Shown here: piece after piece, positions 1 through 9,535 of the stretch
How the letters are laid out: each line of letters starts with the position of its first letter
Numbering within the stretch: the first letter of the stretch is position 1
Assembly: GCA_965215975.1 (NCBI GenBank)
Contig: OZ244136.1
Span: 1,252,412 to 1,316,411 of the forward strand
Reading direction: 5' to 3'
Length of the DNA stretch: 64,000 bases
Origin: Dehalococcoidia bacterium
GTDB taxonomy: Bacteria > Chloroflexota > Dehalococcoidia > Lucifugimonadales > UBA3495
The notes under the pieces: generated by a model
What the model saw: the letters and a program-made list of their open reading frames with translations, nothing else
Told to the model about the DNA's origin: nothing
The model's database searches: none
Made by a program: the position numbers and the translations under genes

Positions 1-120
1 GGCCGCGGCTCCCGCCTGGCCCAGCTATACCTTGACCGCTGCTTCCGCCTCGCCGACGGCGACACGAACACCGTCCAAACCCTGGAAGCGCAGATAGATG
101 AGTTGAGGGGGCAGGGGTAG
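1..120 (+). CDS. 3' end of a CDS entering from the left edge (unknown product)
   Basis: Open frame 1 GRGSRLAQLYLDRCFRLADGDTNTVQTLEAQIDELRGQG ending TAG 118-120, host-like codon usage. Confidence 0.55.
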   Translation, partial: GRGSRLAQLYLDRCFRLADGDTNTVQTLEAQIDELRGQG

Positions 121-163
121 GCAGTTGAATGGCAGACGATAAACCCCTTTCAGCGATGCATTT

Positions 164-976
164 ATGCCTAAGGATTCACTGAAAGACCTTCAGGAACTGA
201 GTGCCCGACTGGCGGAATTGTTTACTGCTTTCTTGAACTCCGAATTCGGAAAGCAACTCGGAACGATAGTTCATAACATCCAAATATCTATGCAGGCAAT
301 TGAGCCTTGGTTACAAGGAGTTCTTTACTGGCTCCGATTGCCCGAGTTCCTGCACGAATCTGGCTGGTTTCCCCACGATACATTTCCGATGGAGTTACAT
401 GCAGAAAGTAACGGCAATCCTGATGCATTTAGGGAGTTGCTCTTAGAGCATTACCGGAATAATTGGTTAGCATTTCGACGAGAGATGGAATACCGACTAG
501 AAAAGTACGAAATTAATGACGAGTCAAAGTCCACCTTTGTTGAGGCGCTTGTGGCCCACGAAAGTGGACTTTATCGTGGCGTTTGCAGACTATTGTTTCC
601 AGAGATAGAGCGGCTTTTTCGAATAGAGCTATTCGGCGATGCAATTACAGGAACAGGATTGAGCGGAAGGAAAATGACGGATGAGGTGTTCCATAACGAA
701 TATGCCATGGAGAATTTGAAGGGTCCATATGGTTTCGCTATGTTTAAATTGCTTAAAGAATATTTGTATGCTCACATAGACGATGAGGAAGATCGTCAAC
801 GGTTTGTGAATAACCCAGTTCCGAATCGCCACGCAGTTTGCCACGGATTGATTGCGTATTCATCAGAACAGAGCAGTCTGAACTCCATTTTCATTTCGGA
901 TTGTTTCTTCTCGATGGTTTCTGAAGCGAAGCGGACGCACAGCAGCAGTGAAATTTTGCCAACAGACTCCCACTAA
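164..976 (+). CDS. Hypothetical protein with C-terminal HEPN-like RxxxxH motif
   Basis: 270-aa lower-GC helical ORF; PNRHAVCHG motif near the C-terminus. Confidence 0.6.
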   Translation: MPKDSLKDLQELSARLAELFTAFLNSEFGKQLGTIVHNIQISMQAIEPWLQGVLYWLRLPEFLHESGWFPHDTFPMELHAESNGNPDAFRELLLEHYRNNWLAFRREMEYRLEKYEINDESKSTFVEALVAHESGLYRGVCRLLFPEIERLFRIELFGDAITGTGLSGRKMTDEVFHNEYAMENLKGPYGFAMFKLLKEYLYAHIDDEEDRQRFVNNPVPNRHAVCHGLIAYSSEQSSLNSIFISDCFFSMVSEAKRTHSSSEILPTDSH

Positions 977-991
977 CCAGTTTCTTGGAAT

Positions 992-1273
992 CTAGGGGTT
1001 TTCCCTCTTGTTTCGCGCCAGTGTCAACCAGTAAGTCGTTTCCAGGTTCATCCAGAAGCTGGCATCGATACCCAAGGCCTGCTCAAGCCCCAACGCCGTC
1101 TCCGGGGTAACTGCTTTCTTCCCTCTGACAATTTCGTTTATTGCCTGCGCCGGACGACCCATTCTTGTTGCCAGATCTTTTCGCGTCATCCCCCGTTCTT
1201 CCAGTTCCTCTGCAAGTACTTCGCCGGGCGGGATGGGTAGGTCAGGCAGGATGTGTTGGTCACTACATTTCAC
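992..1273 (-). CDS. higA: HigA-family antitoxin (XRE HTH), orphan
   Basis: PPGEVLAEELEERGMTRKDLATRMGRPAQAINEIVRGKKAVTPETALGLEQALGIDASFWMNL is a typical HigA; start uncertain. Confidence 0.85.
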   Translation of the reverse strand: MKCSDQHILPDLPIPPGEVLAEELEERGMTRKDLATRMGRPAQAINEIVRGKKAVTPETALGLEQALGIDASFWMNLETTYWLTLARNKRENP

Positions 1274-1287
1274 AGTGCTGTACCTAT

Positions 1288-2745
1288 TATTACAACGTCA
1301 GTTGGCATGATAAGATTACTGGGAGATTGGGGAATGCTTGGGCAGGTGAGGCAGGGAAGTGGATGGGGCGGCATTTGAGCAGGTATACCAGGACTTTCAG
1401 GAGTTTCACGCCTACTTCGCGCCGCTGTTTGGCCGGCGGGAGACGCGGGAGCACAGCGGTCATTATCTCCAGGCCCTGCTGGTACAGTCTGGGGAGCGGC
1501 GCAACGCTGAGAACCTGTCGGAGACGGTTCCGGGGTCAGCCAGGGGGATGCAGCGGTTTCTCACCGATTCTCCCTGGGATGATGAGGCGATCATAGGGCG
1601 GCTGCAGGAGTACCTGGGAACCCGGCTGGAGCATCCGGAAGGGGTGTGGGTGCTGGACGGCAGCGACTTTCCCAAGCAGGGGCGGAAGTCGGCGGGAGTG
1701 GCCCGGCAGTACTGCGGGAGACTGGGGAAGGTGGCCAACTGCCAGGCTGGGATGTTCCTGGCCTATGTCAGCCCGTTGGGACGGGCGTTGGTGGACAAGC
1801 GGCTGTATTTGCCAGAGAGCTGGACCAAGGATCCGGAACGCTGTGCCGAGGCGGGGGTTCCGGAGGAGCGGAGGGGCTACCGGTCGAAGACGGAGTTGGC
1901 GCTGGAGACGCTGCGGCGGGCCCTGGAGTTGGGCCATCTCAGGGCCGGGTGGGTTGCGGCAGACGACGCCTTCGGCATGTCGCCGTCCTTCCGCGACGGG
2001 TTGGCAACCTTGGGAATGCGCTACGTCCTGGACGTGCCGGCGGGCTTTATGGTGTGGCCGGAGGAACCGGAGTGGACCACTCCGGTCTACCGGGGACGGG
2101 GTGGGCCTCCCAAGCCCAGGCTCGTGGCCGGACAGCGGCGGACCATGGAGGAGCGCAGCGCTGAATTGCCGGAGGGTGCCTGGCGGGAGATTACGGTGGC
2201 CGAGGGAAGCCAGGGCTCCCGCAGCTACCTGTTCAGTGCCCAGCGGGTGCGGCCCAGCAGCCGGCGCAAGCCCGGCGAAGTCCACTGGGCCGTCTACCGC
2301 CGGAACCTGGACGGCAGCGAACCGCGCTACTACCTGTCCAATGCACCGGAGGATACCCCGTTGGAGACCCTGGCATACGTGGGAGGTTCCCGGTGGCGTA
2401 TAGAAACGGAGTTCGAGACGGAAAAGAGCGACGTGGGCCTGGACGAGTACGAGACCCGCACCTGGGCGGGCTGGCATCACCACGTGGCCCTGTGCCTGCT
2501 GGGCGGAGCTTTTCTGCTGAGCCTGCAACAGGCTTGGGGGGAAAAAGATGCCCCGGATCACGAGACCGCAGGTCTACCGGGTGGTGCGGGAGATGCTGCC
2601 CCGGGAACGGTTCGGACCTGAAGAGTTGCTGCGGTGGCTGGAGGATACGCAGGACAGTAACGAACGGGCCAGTCGCTCCCATGCCAAGCGCCGCGCCGCC
2701 ATGCGGGCATCACCCCACATCCCTCCCTGAACTGACGTTGTAATA
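1288..2745 (+). mobile_element. IS701-family element, copy 1
   Basis: Perfect 16-bp terminal IRs TATTACAACGTCAGTT (1288-1303) / AACTGACGTTGTAATA (2730-2745); flanks CTAT and CTAG. Confidence 0.9.
1359..2730 (+). CDS. IS701 transposase (ORF A 1359-2621 plus +1-frame C-terminal ORF B 2548-2730)
   Basis: LDGSDFPKQGRKSAGVARQYCGRLGKVANCQ, ADDAFG and RWRIETEFETEKSDVGLDEYETR DDE motifs; ORF B resembles the IS701 C-terminal RRSH helix. Confidence 0.9.
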
Positions 2746-2749
2746 CTAG

Positions 2750-4205
2750 CAGGCTGTCCGGGGATTATCTTGAGGCGGCCATCGGGGGACGGCGCAGGTT
2801 GGTGAATGGCGGCAGGTTCAAGGATGACTTGACGCTGGCCAGCGGGGAAGGTGACCCGCCAGTCGGCGCGGGACCCGGTTCCCCCCCCTTTGGCGGGGAA
2901 ACCGGCGCCGAACCGGAACAACTTCAGCAGATTGTGGCCGGTGCAGATGAGCGACCACTCTCCGTTGACCTTCTCCAGTCCCCGCAACAGGAACTGCCGG
3001 AAGCCCCGGCACTGCTTGATCTGGCCGAAGACCGGTTCCACCGTCTCCATCCTGAGGGCGTAGCGCTGTCGGCCCCGTTTGGTCTGCAGCTTGCGGCGCA
3101 TCCGGTCTCTGGGAGAGAGATCCCTGGGTATGCGGCCACGGGGCGCCGGTGGGGGCACCCAGCCGTGGCGGGTCTTCTCCGGCGCCACAAAGGGGTCCAC
3201 TCCCAGGATGCAGAGTTCCTCCACCGCTTTCGCCGAGTAGTATCCAGCATCGGCGGATACTTCTTTCGGCACCGCGCCCACGTTGTTGATGGTCTCCTCT
3301 ATCATGCTCACGGCCTGCTGCTTGTCCGAGGGCTGGTTGGTAGCCCGGGCCGCCACAATCACCTGATGCTCATGGTCCACCACCGCCTGGCAGTTGTAGG
3401 ACTGCTGGAAGTCCCGTCCCCCTGGCCCGGGCATGATCCTGGAGTCCGGGTCGGTGAAGTTCCGCTGTGCCTTGTCGGCGGGTGTGCCTGGGTGCTGCTT
3501 ACCCTCGGCTTCGGCCTGCTCCGCCTCCGCAAGAGCCTTGGCCTCCAGCGCCGCCCTGGCCTCCCGTATCTTCCGCAACCGGCCCTCCCGGAAGGACAAC
3601 TCCTCCGGCAGTTCGTCGCCCCGTTTGTCCCGTCCGTACCGCCGGTCCTCCCCCTAGTCTACCTCCTGGGCCCTCCGCAGCAACTCATCAACCTCCCCCT
3701 GCAACTGGGCCTCCTTCTCCTTCATCCGCCCGTAGCTCATCGCCTGGTGCTTCGATGCGTTGGCCCGGACCTTGGTACCGTCCGGCGCCACGTGCCCCAG
3801 CTTCACCAGGCCGGCCTGCTGGCACAGGGCCAGCACCTGCAGGAACAGCCCCGACAGGGCTGCCAGGTGGTCCTTGCGGAAGTCCGAGATGGTGCGGAAG
3901 TCCGGGGTGTTGTTGGCCGCCAGCACCCGGAAGGCGATGTCCTCGTGGAGCCGCTGGGCCATGCGCCGGGACGATGCCACCCCGGTGCAGTAGCTATACA
4001 GCAGCACCTTCACCATCATCCGGGGATGGTAGGCCGGCCCGCCCCGGCTCTCCTGTTCATAGCGCTCCGTGATCTCCGCCAGATCCAACTGGTCCACCAC
4101 GTCGGAAATGAAGTAGGCCAGGTGATCCTCCGGCAGCCACTCCTGCAGCGCCGCTGGCAGCAGCAACTGCTGGTCCGGGTCATAGGGAAGGAAGGTTTTG
4201 CCCAT
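2750..4205 (-). pseudogene. IS1182 transposase interrupted by in-frame TAG at 3654-3656
   Basis: ORFs 3654-4226 and 2574-3599 are in the same frame (QEVD*GEDRRYGRDKRGDELPEEL); motifs YHPRMMVKVLLY, PDFRTISDFRK, NFTDPDSRIM, ADAGY, VEPVFGQIK; 3' end uncertain. Confidence 0.85.
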
Positions 4206-4280
4206 TGACCGCTTACCCTCACTCAAGGCTCATATCATCATACCCCACCCGCTCGCTAAGGGCGTTTCTCGGACAGACTG
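2750..4280 (-). mobile_element. IS1182-family element A
   Basis: Imperfect IRs CAGGCTGTCCG.. / ..CGGACAGACTG with CTAG duplications at 2746-2749 and 4281-4284. Confidence 0.88.
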
Positions 4281-4358
4281 CTAGTTTCGCATAGTTGACT
4301 GTTCGCCTCTTTAGGAACAATACTATAGAGGCTAGAGGTTGCTCAGGAGGATTAACAA

Positions 4359-4544
4359 ATGAGTCTTCACAAGATATCTGCTAGTGTTTGGCAGGAAGGT
4401 CATTGGTGGGTCGCACAAGCTGTGGAGGTTAACGTAGCCAGTCAAGGAAAAAGCGAGGAAGAAGCCCGAAGCAATCTGCAAGAAGCGTTGGAACTTTACT
4501 TTGAGCCAGAGTTGCTCGACATGTCGGTTACTGGGACAACGTAA
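4359..4544 (+). CDS. hicB: HicB-family antitoxin (possibly shortened by about 10 aa by TAA 4542-4544)
   Basis: WWVAQAVEVNVASQGKSEEEARSNLQEALELYFE; frame continues AVEVDFASA* overlapping the hicA start. Confidence 0.8.
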   Translation: MSLHKISASVWQEGHWWVAQAVEVNVASQGKSEEEARSNLQEALELYFEPELLDMSVTGTT

Positions 4545-4560
4545 GCAGTTGAGGTAGATT

Positions 4561-4785
4561 TTGCCTCGGCTTAGTCCCTTATCTTACCGTGAGGTAGCGC
4601 GAAAGCTTCTTCATGCCGGATTTACTGGAATTTCTCAACGGGGCAGCCACATTAAATTTGCGAAAGATACGGAAGAAGGAAGACTTACGGTCATCGTACC
4701 GCGTCATTCGGAATTGGCAATCGGAACTTTGCGTAGCATAATTGGCCAGGCAGGTTTAACTCCAGACGAATTCTTGAGTCTTTGA
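4561..4785 (+). CDS. hicA: HicA-family mRNA interferase toxin
   Basis: QRGSHIKF..VIVPRHSELAIGTLRSIIGQAGL. Confidence 0.88.
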   Translation: MPRLSPLSYREVARKLLHAGFTGISQRGSHIKFAKDTEEGRLTVIVPRHSELAIGTLRSIIGQAGLTPDEFLSL

Positions 4786-4837
4786 AGTCTACATTGCCTT
4801 TCGGCTTTATCGGTCGTTTACGTCCCACCCCCCAACT

Positions 4838-4867
4838 TTGACACCCCAACTCCCGCAGCGGTATACT
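4838..4867 (+). promoter_or_regulatory. Sigma70-type promoter of glyA
   Basis: TTGACA (4838) - 18 bp - TATACT (4862). Confidence 0.6.
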
Positions 4868-4989
4868 GAATCCGACTGCTTGGCCGCGGTGCGGCGCCGG
4901 CCCCGAGGGTTGGCCCTCCTTGCCTCCCCCGTCCGGTTGTGCCGACTGGCCCGGCTTTTTATTTGCTCTATAAAAGGTAGGCTTTCGTC

Positions 4990-6234
4990 ATGTCCCTGCT
5001 TTCCCAGCAAGACCCGGATGTCGCTCGCGCCATTGAACTGGAAGACCGGCGCCAGCGCGACTGTGTCGTCCTCATTGCTTCCGAAAACTACGCCAGCAAG
5101 GCGGTCCTCGAAGCCCAGACCAGCGTGATGAACAACAAGTACGCCGAGGGCTACCCCGGTCGCCGCTACTATGGCGGCTGCGAGCACGTCGATGTCGTGG
5201 AATCCCTTGCCATCGACCGGGCCAAAGAGTTGTTCGGCGCCGAGCACGCCAACGTCCAGCCCCACAGCGGCGCCCAGGCCAACATGGCCGTTTACTTCGC
5301 CCTGCTGGAGCCCGGCGACACCGTCATGGGCATGGAACTGTCCCACGGCGGCCACCTCACCCACGGCGCCGGGGTCAACTTCTCCGGCAAGCTCTACAAC
5401 TTCGTCTCCTACGGCGTGGACCGGGAGACTGAGCATATCGACTACGATGAGGTGGAGCGACTGGCCAAGGAACACAAGCCCAAGCTGATCGTGGCCGGCT
5501 GCAGCGCCTACGCCAAGATTCTCGACTTCCCCCGTTTCCGGGCCATTGCCGACTCGGTGGATGCCTACCTGATGGTGGACATGGCGCACATTGCTGGACT
5601 GATTGCCGGCGGGGCCCACCCTTCGCCCTTCCCCCACGCTCATGTGGTGACTTCCACCACCCAGAAGAGCCTGCGGGGCCCTCGGGGCGGATTCATCCTT
5701 TCAACGTCGGACATCGCCCGCAAGATAGACTTCGCTGTCTTCCCTTATATGCAGGGCGGTCCGCTGATGCACGTCATCGCGGCCAAGGCCGTCTGCTTCG
5801 GCGAGGCCCTGAAGCCCGATTTTGCCCGCTACGCCCAGCAGGTGGTTGCCAACGCCGCTACCATGGCTACCGAGGTTTCCGAGGCCGGGTTGCGTTTGGT
5901 CTCCGGCGGCACCGAGAACCATCTTATCCTGGTGGACCTTAGTCCCATGGACATTACCGGCCAGCAGGCCGAAACGGCCCTGGAGTCGGTGGGCATCATC
6001 ACCAACAAGAACGCCATTCCCTTCGACCCCAAGCCGCCGCGGGTGGCCAGCGGAATGCGCCTGGGCACTCCGGCCATTACCAGCCGGGGCTTCGGCGAGC
6101 CCGAGACCAAAGAGGTTTCCCGCCTGATTTCCAGGGTGCTCAACAATATGGGCGATGAGCAGGTCATGGAGCAGGTTAAGGGAGCGGTCAAGGAATTGAC
6201 CTCAGGTTTCCCCGTACCAGGGCTGGATTTCTAG
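4990..6234 (+). CDS. glyA: Serine hydroxymethyltransferase
   Basis: [37 protein letters not shown]. Confidence 0.97.
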   Translation: MSLLSQQDPDVARAIELEDRRQRDCVVLIASENYASKAVLEAQTSVMNNKYAEGYPGRRYYGGCEHVDVVESLAIDRAKELFGAEHANVQPHSGAQANMAVYFALLEPGDTVMGMELSHGGHLTHGAGVNFSGKLYNFVSYGVDRETEHIDYDEVERLAKEHKPKLIVAGCSAYAKILDFPRFRAIADSVDAYLMVDMAHIAGLIAGGAHPSPFPHAHVVTSTTQKSLRGPRGGFILSTSDIARKIDFAVFPYMQGGPLMHVIAAKAVCFGEALKPDFARYAQQVVANAATMATEVSEAGLRLVSGGTENHLILVDLSPMDITGQQAETALESVGIITNKNAIPFDPKPPRVASGMRLGTPAITSRGFGEPETKEVSRLISRVLNNMGDEQVMEQVKGAVKELTSGFPVPGLDF

Positions 6235-6342
6235 TTGAGCGGTAAACCCGCCAATGTTATAATCCCGTCAAAATTCCTTGCGGGCCACTTGCGGACCATT
6301 TACGGACCAATAGTGGCAGGCCAAAATAGTTAGGAGAGTTTT

Positions 6343-7092
6343 TTGCGTCATTACGAGCTAGTTACCATCCTCAGCCCCATGCTCAGCCAGGACCAGGCTA
6401 CTGAGGCTTGGGGACAGATTAACGACTTTATCACCAACCGGAACGGCGATATCTTCCAGGAACAGCCCTGGGGTACTCGCCGGCTGGCCTATCCCATTCA
6501 GCAGGGCTCTCACCACTTTCTGGAAGGCAACTACCGCCTGATCCGGTTTTCCACGGAAGCCCCCTTCAACCAGGCGTTGGAAAGCTTCCTTAAGTTCGAT
6601 GAAAGGGTGTTGCGTTCCCTGGTGCTTTCTATTCCAAACCGGGAGATTCTGCCCGATCCTGCGGCATCCCGGCCAGCCCCGGTTGCCGCAACGGCAACCC
6701 GGCCAGCTGAAGAGGGAGAGGCAGCGGCGACCCCTGCTGAAGGCGCTGCAACCGGAGATGCTCCGGTAGCCGTAGCGGAAACCGCTGAGGCGCCCGCCGC
6801 CGAGGCCGAAGCCAGCCCAGCGGAAGCGACGGAAGCCTTAGCCGAGGCTACGGCAGAGGAAGCAGCGGCTGAGCCGGTAGCCGAGGCCGCAACCGAAACC
6901 GAGGCGGTGTCGGAAACCGAGACAGTGTCGGAATTGGTAGCCGAGGCAGAATCCGAAGCCCCGCCAGTTGAAACCGTGGCTGAAGCGGAAGAAACTCCCA
7001 CAGCCGAGGCCGAAACACCCGCCGAGGCTCCAGAAACCCCGGCAGAAGAAGCCCCGGCAGAACAGGCTTCGTCGGAAGAAGAACAGGCATAG
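6343..7092 (+). CDS. rpsF: 30S ribosomal protein S6 with long acidic Ala/Glu/Pro tail
   Basis: MRHYELVTILSP..WGTRRLAYPI..DERVLRSL; TTG start after AGGAGAG; rpsF-ssb-rpsR order. Confidence 0.93.
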   Translation: MRHYELVTILSPMLSQDQATEAWGQINDFITNRNGDIFQEQPWGTRRLAYPIQQGSHHFLEGNYRLIRFSTEAPFNQALESFLKFDERVLRSLVLSIPNREILPDPAASRPAPVAATATRPAEEGEAAATPAEGAATGDAPVAVAETAEAPAAEAEASPAEATEALAEATAEEAAAEPVAEAATETEAVSETETVSELVAEAESEAPPVETVAEAEETPTAEAETPAEAPETPAEEAPAEQASSEEEQA

Positions 7093-7102
7093 GCAGGCTC
7101 CT

Positions 7103-7588
7103 TTGCACAAGATCATTGTAATAGGCAATTTGGGTCGCGACCCCGAAATGCGCTACACCCCCGGCGGTGACGGCGTAACTTCCTTCAGTGTTGCCTCGAC
7201 TCGCCGCTACCGCACTGCCGGTGGTGAACAGCGGGAAGAGACCATGTGGTTCAATATCAACGCGTGGGGACGCCAAGCCGAGATTTGCAACCAATACCTG
7301 ACTCGGGGCAGGCAGGTTTACATCGAAGGGACTCTAACCACTCGTATTTATACCGGAAACGATGGTCAACCCCGTGTGTCTAATGATGTACGGATGACTG
7401 AGATGCAGATGCTTGGTTCGCCTAGGGATTCCGGCATGGACGACGACCGCGCTCCCTACGCCGGTGATACTGGCGGCGGCATGGGTGAGTACAACGCACC
7501 CAGCAGCCCCGGCGGTGGCATGGGTGGAGGCCGCGGCATGGGCGGTGGATACAACCCGCCCGACGACATAGACGACTTGCCTTTCTAG
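7103..7588 (+). CDS. ssb: Single-stranded DNA-binding protein
   Basis: TTG start; HKIIVIGNLGRDPEMRYT ... DDIDDLPF. Confidence 0.96.
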   Translation: MHKIIVIGNLGRDPEMRYTPGGDGVTSFSVASTRRYRTAGGEQREETMWFNINAWGRQAEICNQYLTRGRQVYIEGTLTTRIYTGNDGQPRVSNDVRMTEMQMLGSPRDSGMDDDRAPYAGDTGGGMGEYNAPSSPGGGMGGGRGMGGGYNPPDDIDDLPF

Positions 7589-7652
7589 GTCTGGATTCCG
7601 CCAAACCGGAATCCGGCAGTTATCGTAATTAATAGGGGAGGAACAAACCGGC

Positions 7653-8090
7653 ATGACAACACCTTCACCCGCGCCCGCACCGGCAACGCCCTCAACTCCG
7701 GCCCCGGCATCGGCCCCGGATGGTCAGAGCCGTCCTGCCCCGTCGGGTACCGGCTACAGCCCGCGCCCTGGCGGACCCCAGGGTGGCTACCAGAACCGCG
7801 GCCCGCGCCCGGCCGGTGGAGCCCGACCCGGCGGCCGGCCCCGGGGACGCTATGCGCCCCGCCGGCGTGTGTGTTCCTTCTGCGTGGAACACGTCAAAGA
7901 TATTGATTACAAGGACTACGAGCGCCTCCGCCGTTTTGTCTCCGACCGGGCCAAGATAGAGCCCCGTCGCAAGAGCGGTGTTTGTGCCAAGCACCAGCGG
8001 GCTATGAGCAACGCCATCAAGCGTGCCCGCCACTTGGCCCTGCTGCCCTTCGTTCCCGTGCAGACGATCCGTAGTGGTATCCGCCGCTAG
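7653..8090 (+). CDS. rpsR: 30S ribosomal protein S18 (Zn-binding type) with Pro/Gly/Arg-rich N-terminal extension
   Basis: [51 protein letters not shown]. Confidence 0.95.
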   Translation: MTTPSPAPAPATPSTPAPASAPDGQSRPAPSGTGYSPRPGGPQGGYQNRGPRPAGGARPGGRPRGRYAPRRRVCSFCVEHVKDIDYKDYERLRRFVSDRAKIEPRRKSGVCAKHQRAMSNAIKRARHLALLPFVPVQTIRSGIRR

Positions 8091-8249
8091 TCTGCGGCAA
8101 TGGATGGCACATTCCCTGTAATCGGTTGAGCTTTCCAAAAGGAAAGCTCGGCTTTTGTTAGGAAACACCGCCCGATTCCCCTGCCTGCCTCCTTCCAGGG
8201 GTAGGTTCGGAGAGCGGGCGAAATCTGTCGAATTGCCCTGGAGTCAAGG

Positions 8250-9488
8250 ATGGTCTTTCCCCGGTCCCCGGAAGAATCTATTCCCCAGGTGCCAGGCGAC
8301 CGTCGGCGCCGCCGTAGGCAGCAGACGTCGGAGGACGCCCAAAGGCAGTCCGAAAGGCGTGTCCAGGAGCGTCGTCGGCAGAAAAGCGCTATTGGTATCG
8401 GCGTGGCCCTTGTCCTGGTGGTTATGGGCATCGTTGCCGTGGGCTACTTCGTGGAATTTTACCGGCCCCCCCGTGTGCTTGCCGGTCAGGTGCGGGACGT
8501 CCGTTTCACTATGGGCGATCTGGTGGACCGCATCAGGGTTCTGCAGGGTATCAACCGTTATCAGGGCGGCCGCGTTGACCTTAGCACCGTCCCCTTTGAG
8601 TATCTCCAGGACATGATCCAGGCCGAAATTCTGCGCCAGGCCGCTCCGGGCCTGGGCTTCAGCGTCACCGAAGAGAATATCGACGAGGAACTGCGCCGCC
8701 GCTTCCGTCCCCAGCCGCCCGAAGGCCAGCAGGTCGACGAGGGTCAGCTAGACCAGGAATACGATAATGCGCTGACCAATTTCCTCACTACGACAAAGCT
8801 GTCTGAAGACGAGTATAGGCGGCTCGTGGAAGAGGAGATCCTGCGCAGTCAGCTCTCGGTAGTTATAGATAGCAACATCCCGAGTCCTCTGGAACAGGTG
8901 GAGGTGGAGTGGATTCGGATGGAACAGGACGGCGCCGCTGACCCGCAGCAGGTACGCGAACGCCTGATTCGCGAGGACTTCGGTCTGGTGGCCGCTGAGG
9001 TCAATGTCCCCGACGGCTTCACCGATTCCCAGGGCTACGTGGGCTGGGTGCCTCAGCAAGCCTTCCCCGAACTCGACGATACCATTTTTGGGAATCCCGA
9101 CCGCAATCGTGAACCCATTTCGGAAGGCGAAATCAGCGATCCCCTTTTCACCCAGGAAGGGGTATATATAGTCCACATGCTGTCCGGTCCGGAGGAGCGC
9201 AAGCTGCGAGGATTTGAAGACCTTATTGGCTTGGGAAGCTCAGAAATAGAAGCCCTCACCTCCGAGGATCGCGAATCCCTGACCCGGGAACTCCGCATCC
9301 GCAGCAAGCTCGCCCAGCAGCGGGTTGACCAGTGGTTCGACGACCAGGTATCCCGCGGCTCCGATGAAGGCTGGCTGAAGATCAAGTTTGACAGCGACCT
9401 CTATGCCTGGGTTGCCGACCAGGTGCATCTATCGGCCCCGCGGGTCCCCCAGGGCGGCCCGCCCGTTGGTGGCCCCGGGTTCCCCTAG
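8250..9488 (+). CDS. Membrane-anchored SurA/PrsA-like foldase (SurA N domain plus parvulin-like domain)
   Basis: N-terminal TM, LRQAAPGLGFSVTEENID, DFGLVAAEV..GYVGWV..GEISDPLFTQEGVYIV. Confidence 0.7.
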   Translation: MVFPRSPEESIPQVPGDRRRRRRQQTSEDAQRQSERRVQERRRQKSAIGIGVALVLVVMGIVAVGYFVEFYRPPRVLAGQVRDVRFTMGDLVDRIRVLQGINRYQGGRVDLSTVPFEYLQDMIQAEILRQAAPGLGFSVTEENIDEELRRRFRPQPPEGQQVDEGQLDQEYDNALTNFLTTTKLSEDEYRRLVEEEILRSQLSVVIDSNIPSPLEQVEVEWIRMEQDGAADPQQVRERLIREDFGLVAAEVNVPDGFTDSQGYVGWVPQQAFPELDDTIFGNPDRNREPISEGEISDPLFTQEGVYIVHMLSGPEERKLRGFEDLIGLGSSEIEALTSEDRESLTRELRIRSKLAQQRVDQWFDDQVSRGSDEGWLKIKFDSDLYAWVADQVHLSAPRVPQGGPPVGGPGFP

Positions 9489-9498
9489 GGTAAACCCC

Positions 9499-9524
9499 CG
9501 TCATTCCGGCGCAGGCAGGAATCT
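9499..9524 (+). repeat. GTCATTCC-N-GGAATC palindromic REP-like repeat; other copies 10884-10907, 29688-29715, 33320-33346, 45847-45873
   Basis: CGTCATTCCGGCGCAGGCAGGAATCT and reverse-complement copies TGGATTCCGGCC..GCCGGAATGACG in intergenic regions. Confidence 0.8.
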
Positions 9525-9535
9525 GAAACCGGCTT

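Noticed and set aside
3654..3656. Amber recoding (pyrrolysine) suggested by in-frame TAGs
   Set aside because: TAG is the main stop of core genes here, no pyl genes are visible, and both cases are in dispensable genes
2799..4208. Long antisense ORFs (also 19392-20975, 47605-48954, 49076-50533, 53218-54435 and others)
   Set aside because: Shadows of real genes on the opposite strand in high-GC DNA; no recognisable motifs
4870..4965. Glycine, ZTP or THF riboswitch before glyA
   Set aside because: GC-rich leader with a hairpin and U-run, but the diagnostic consensus blocks were not found by eye; cmscan would settle it
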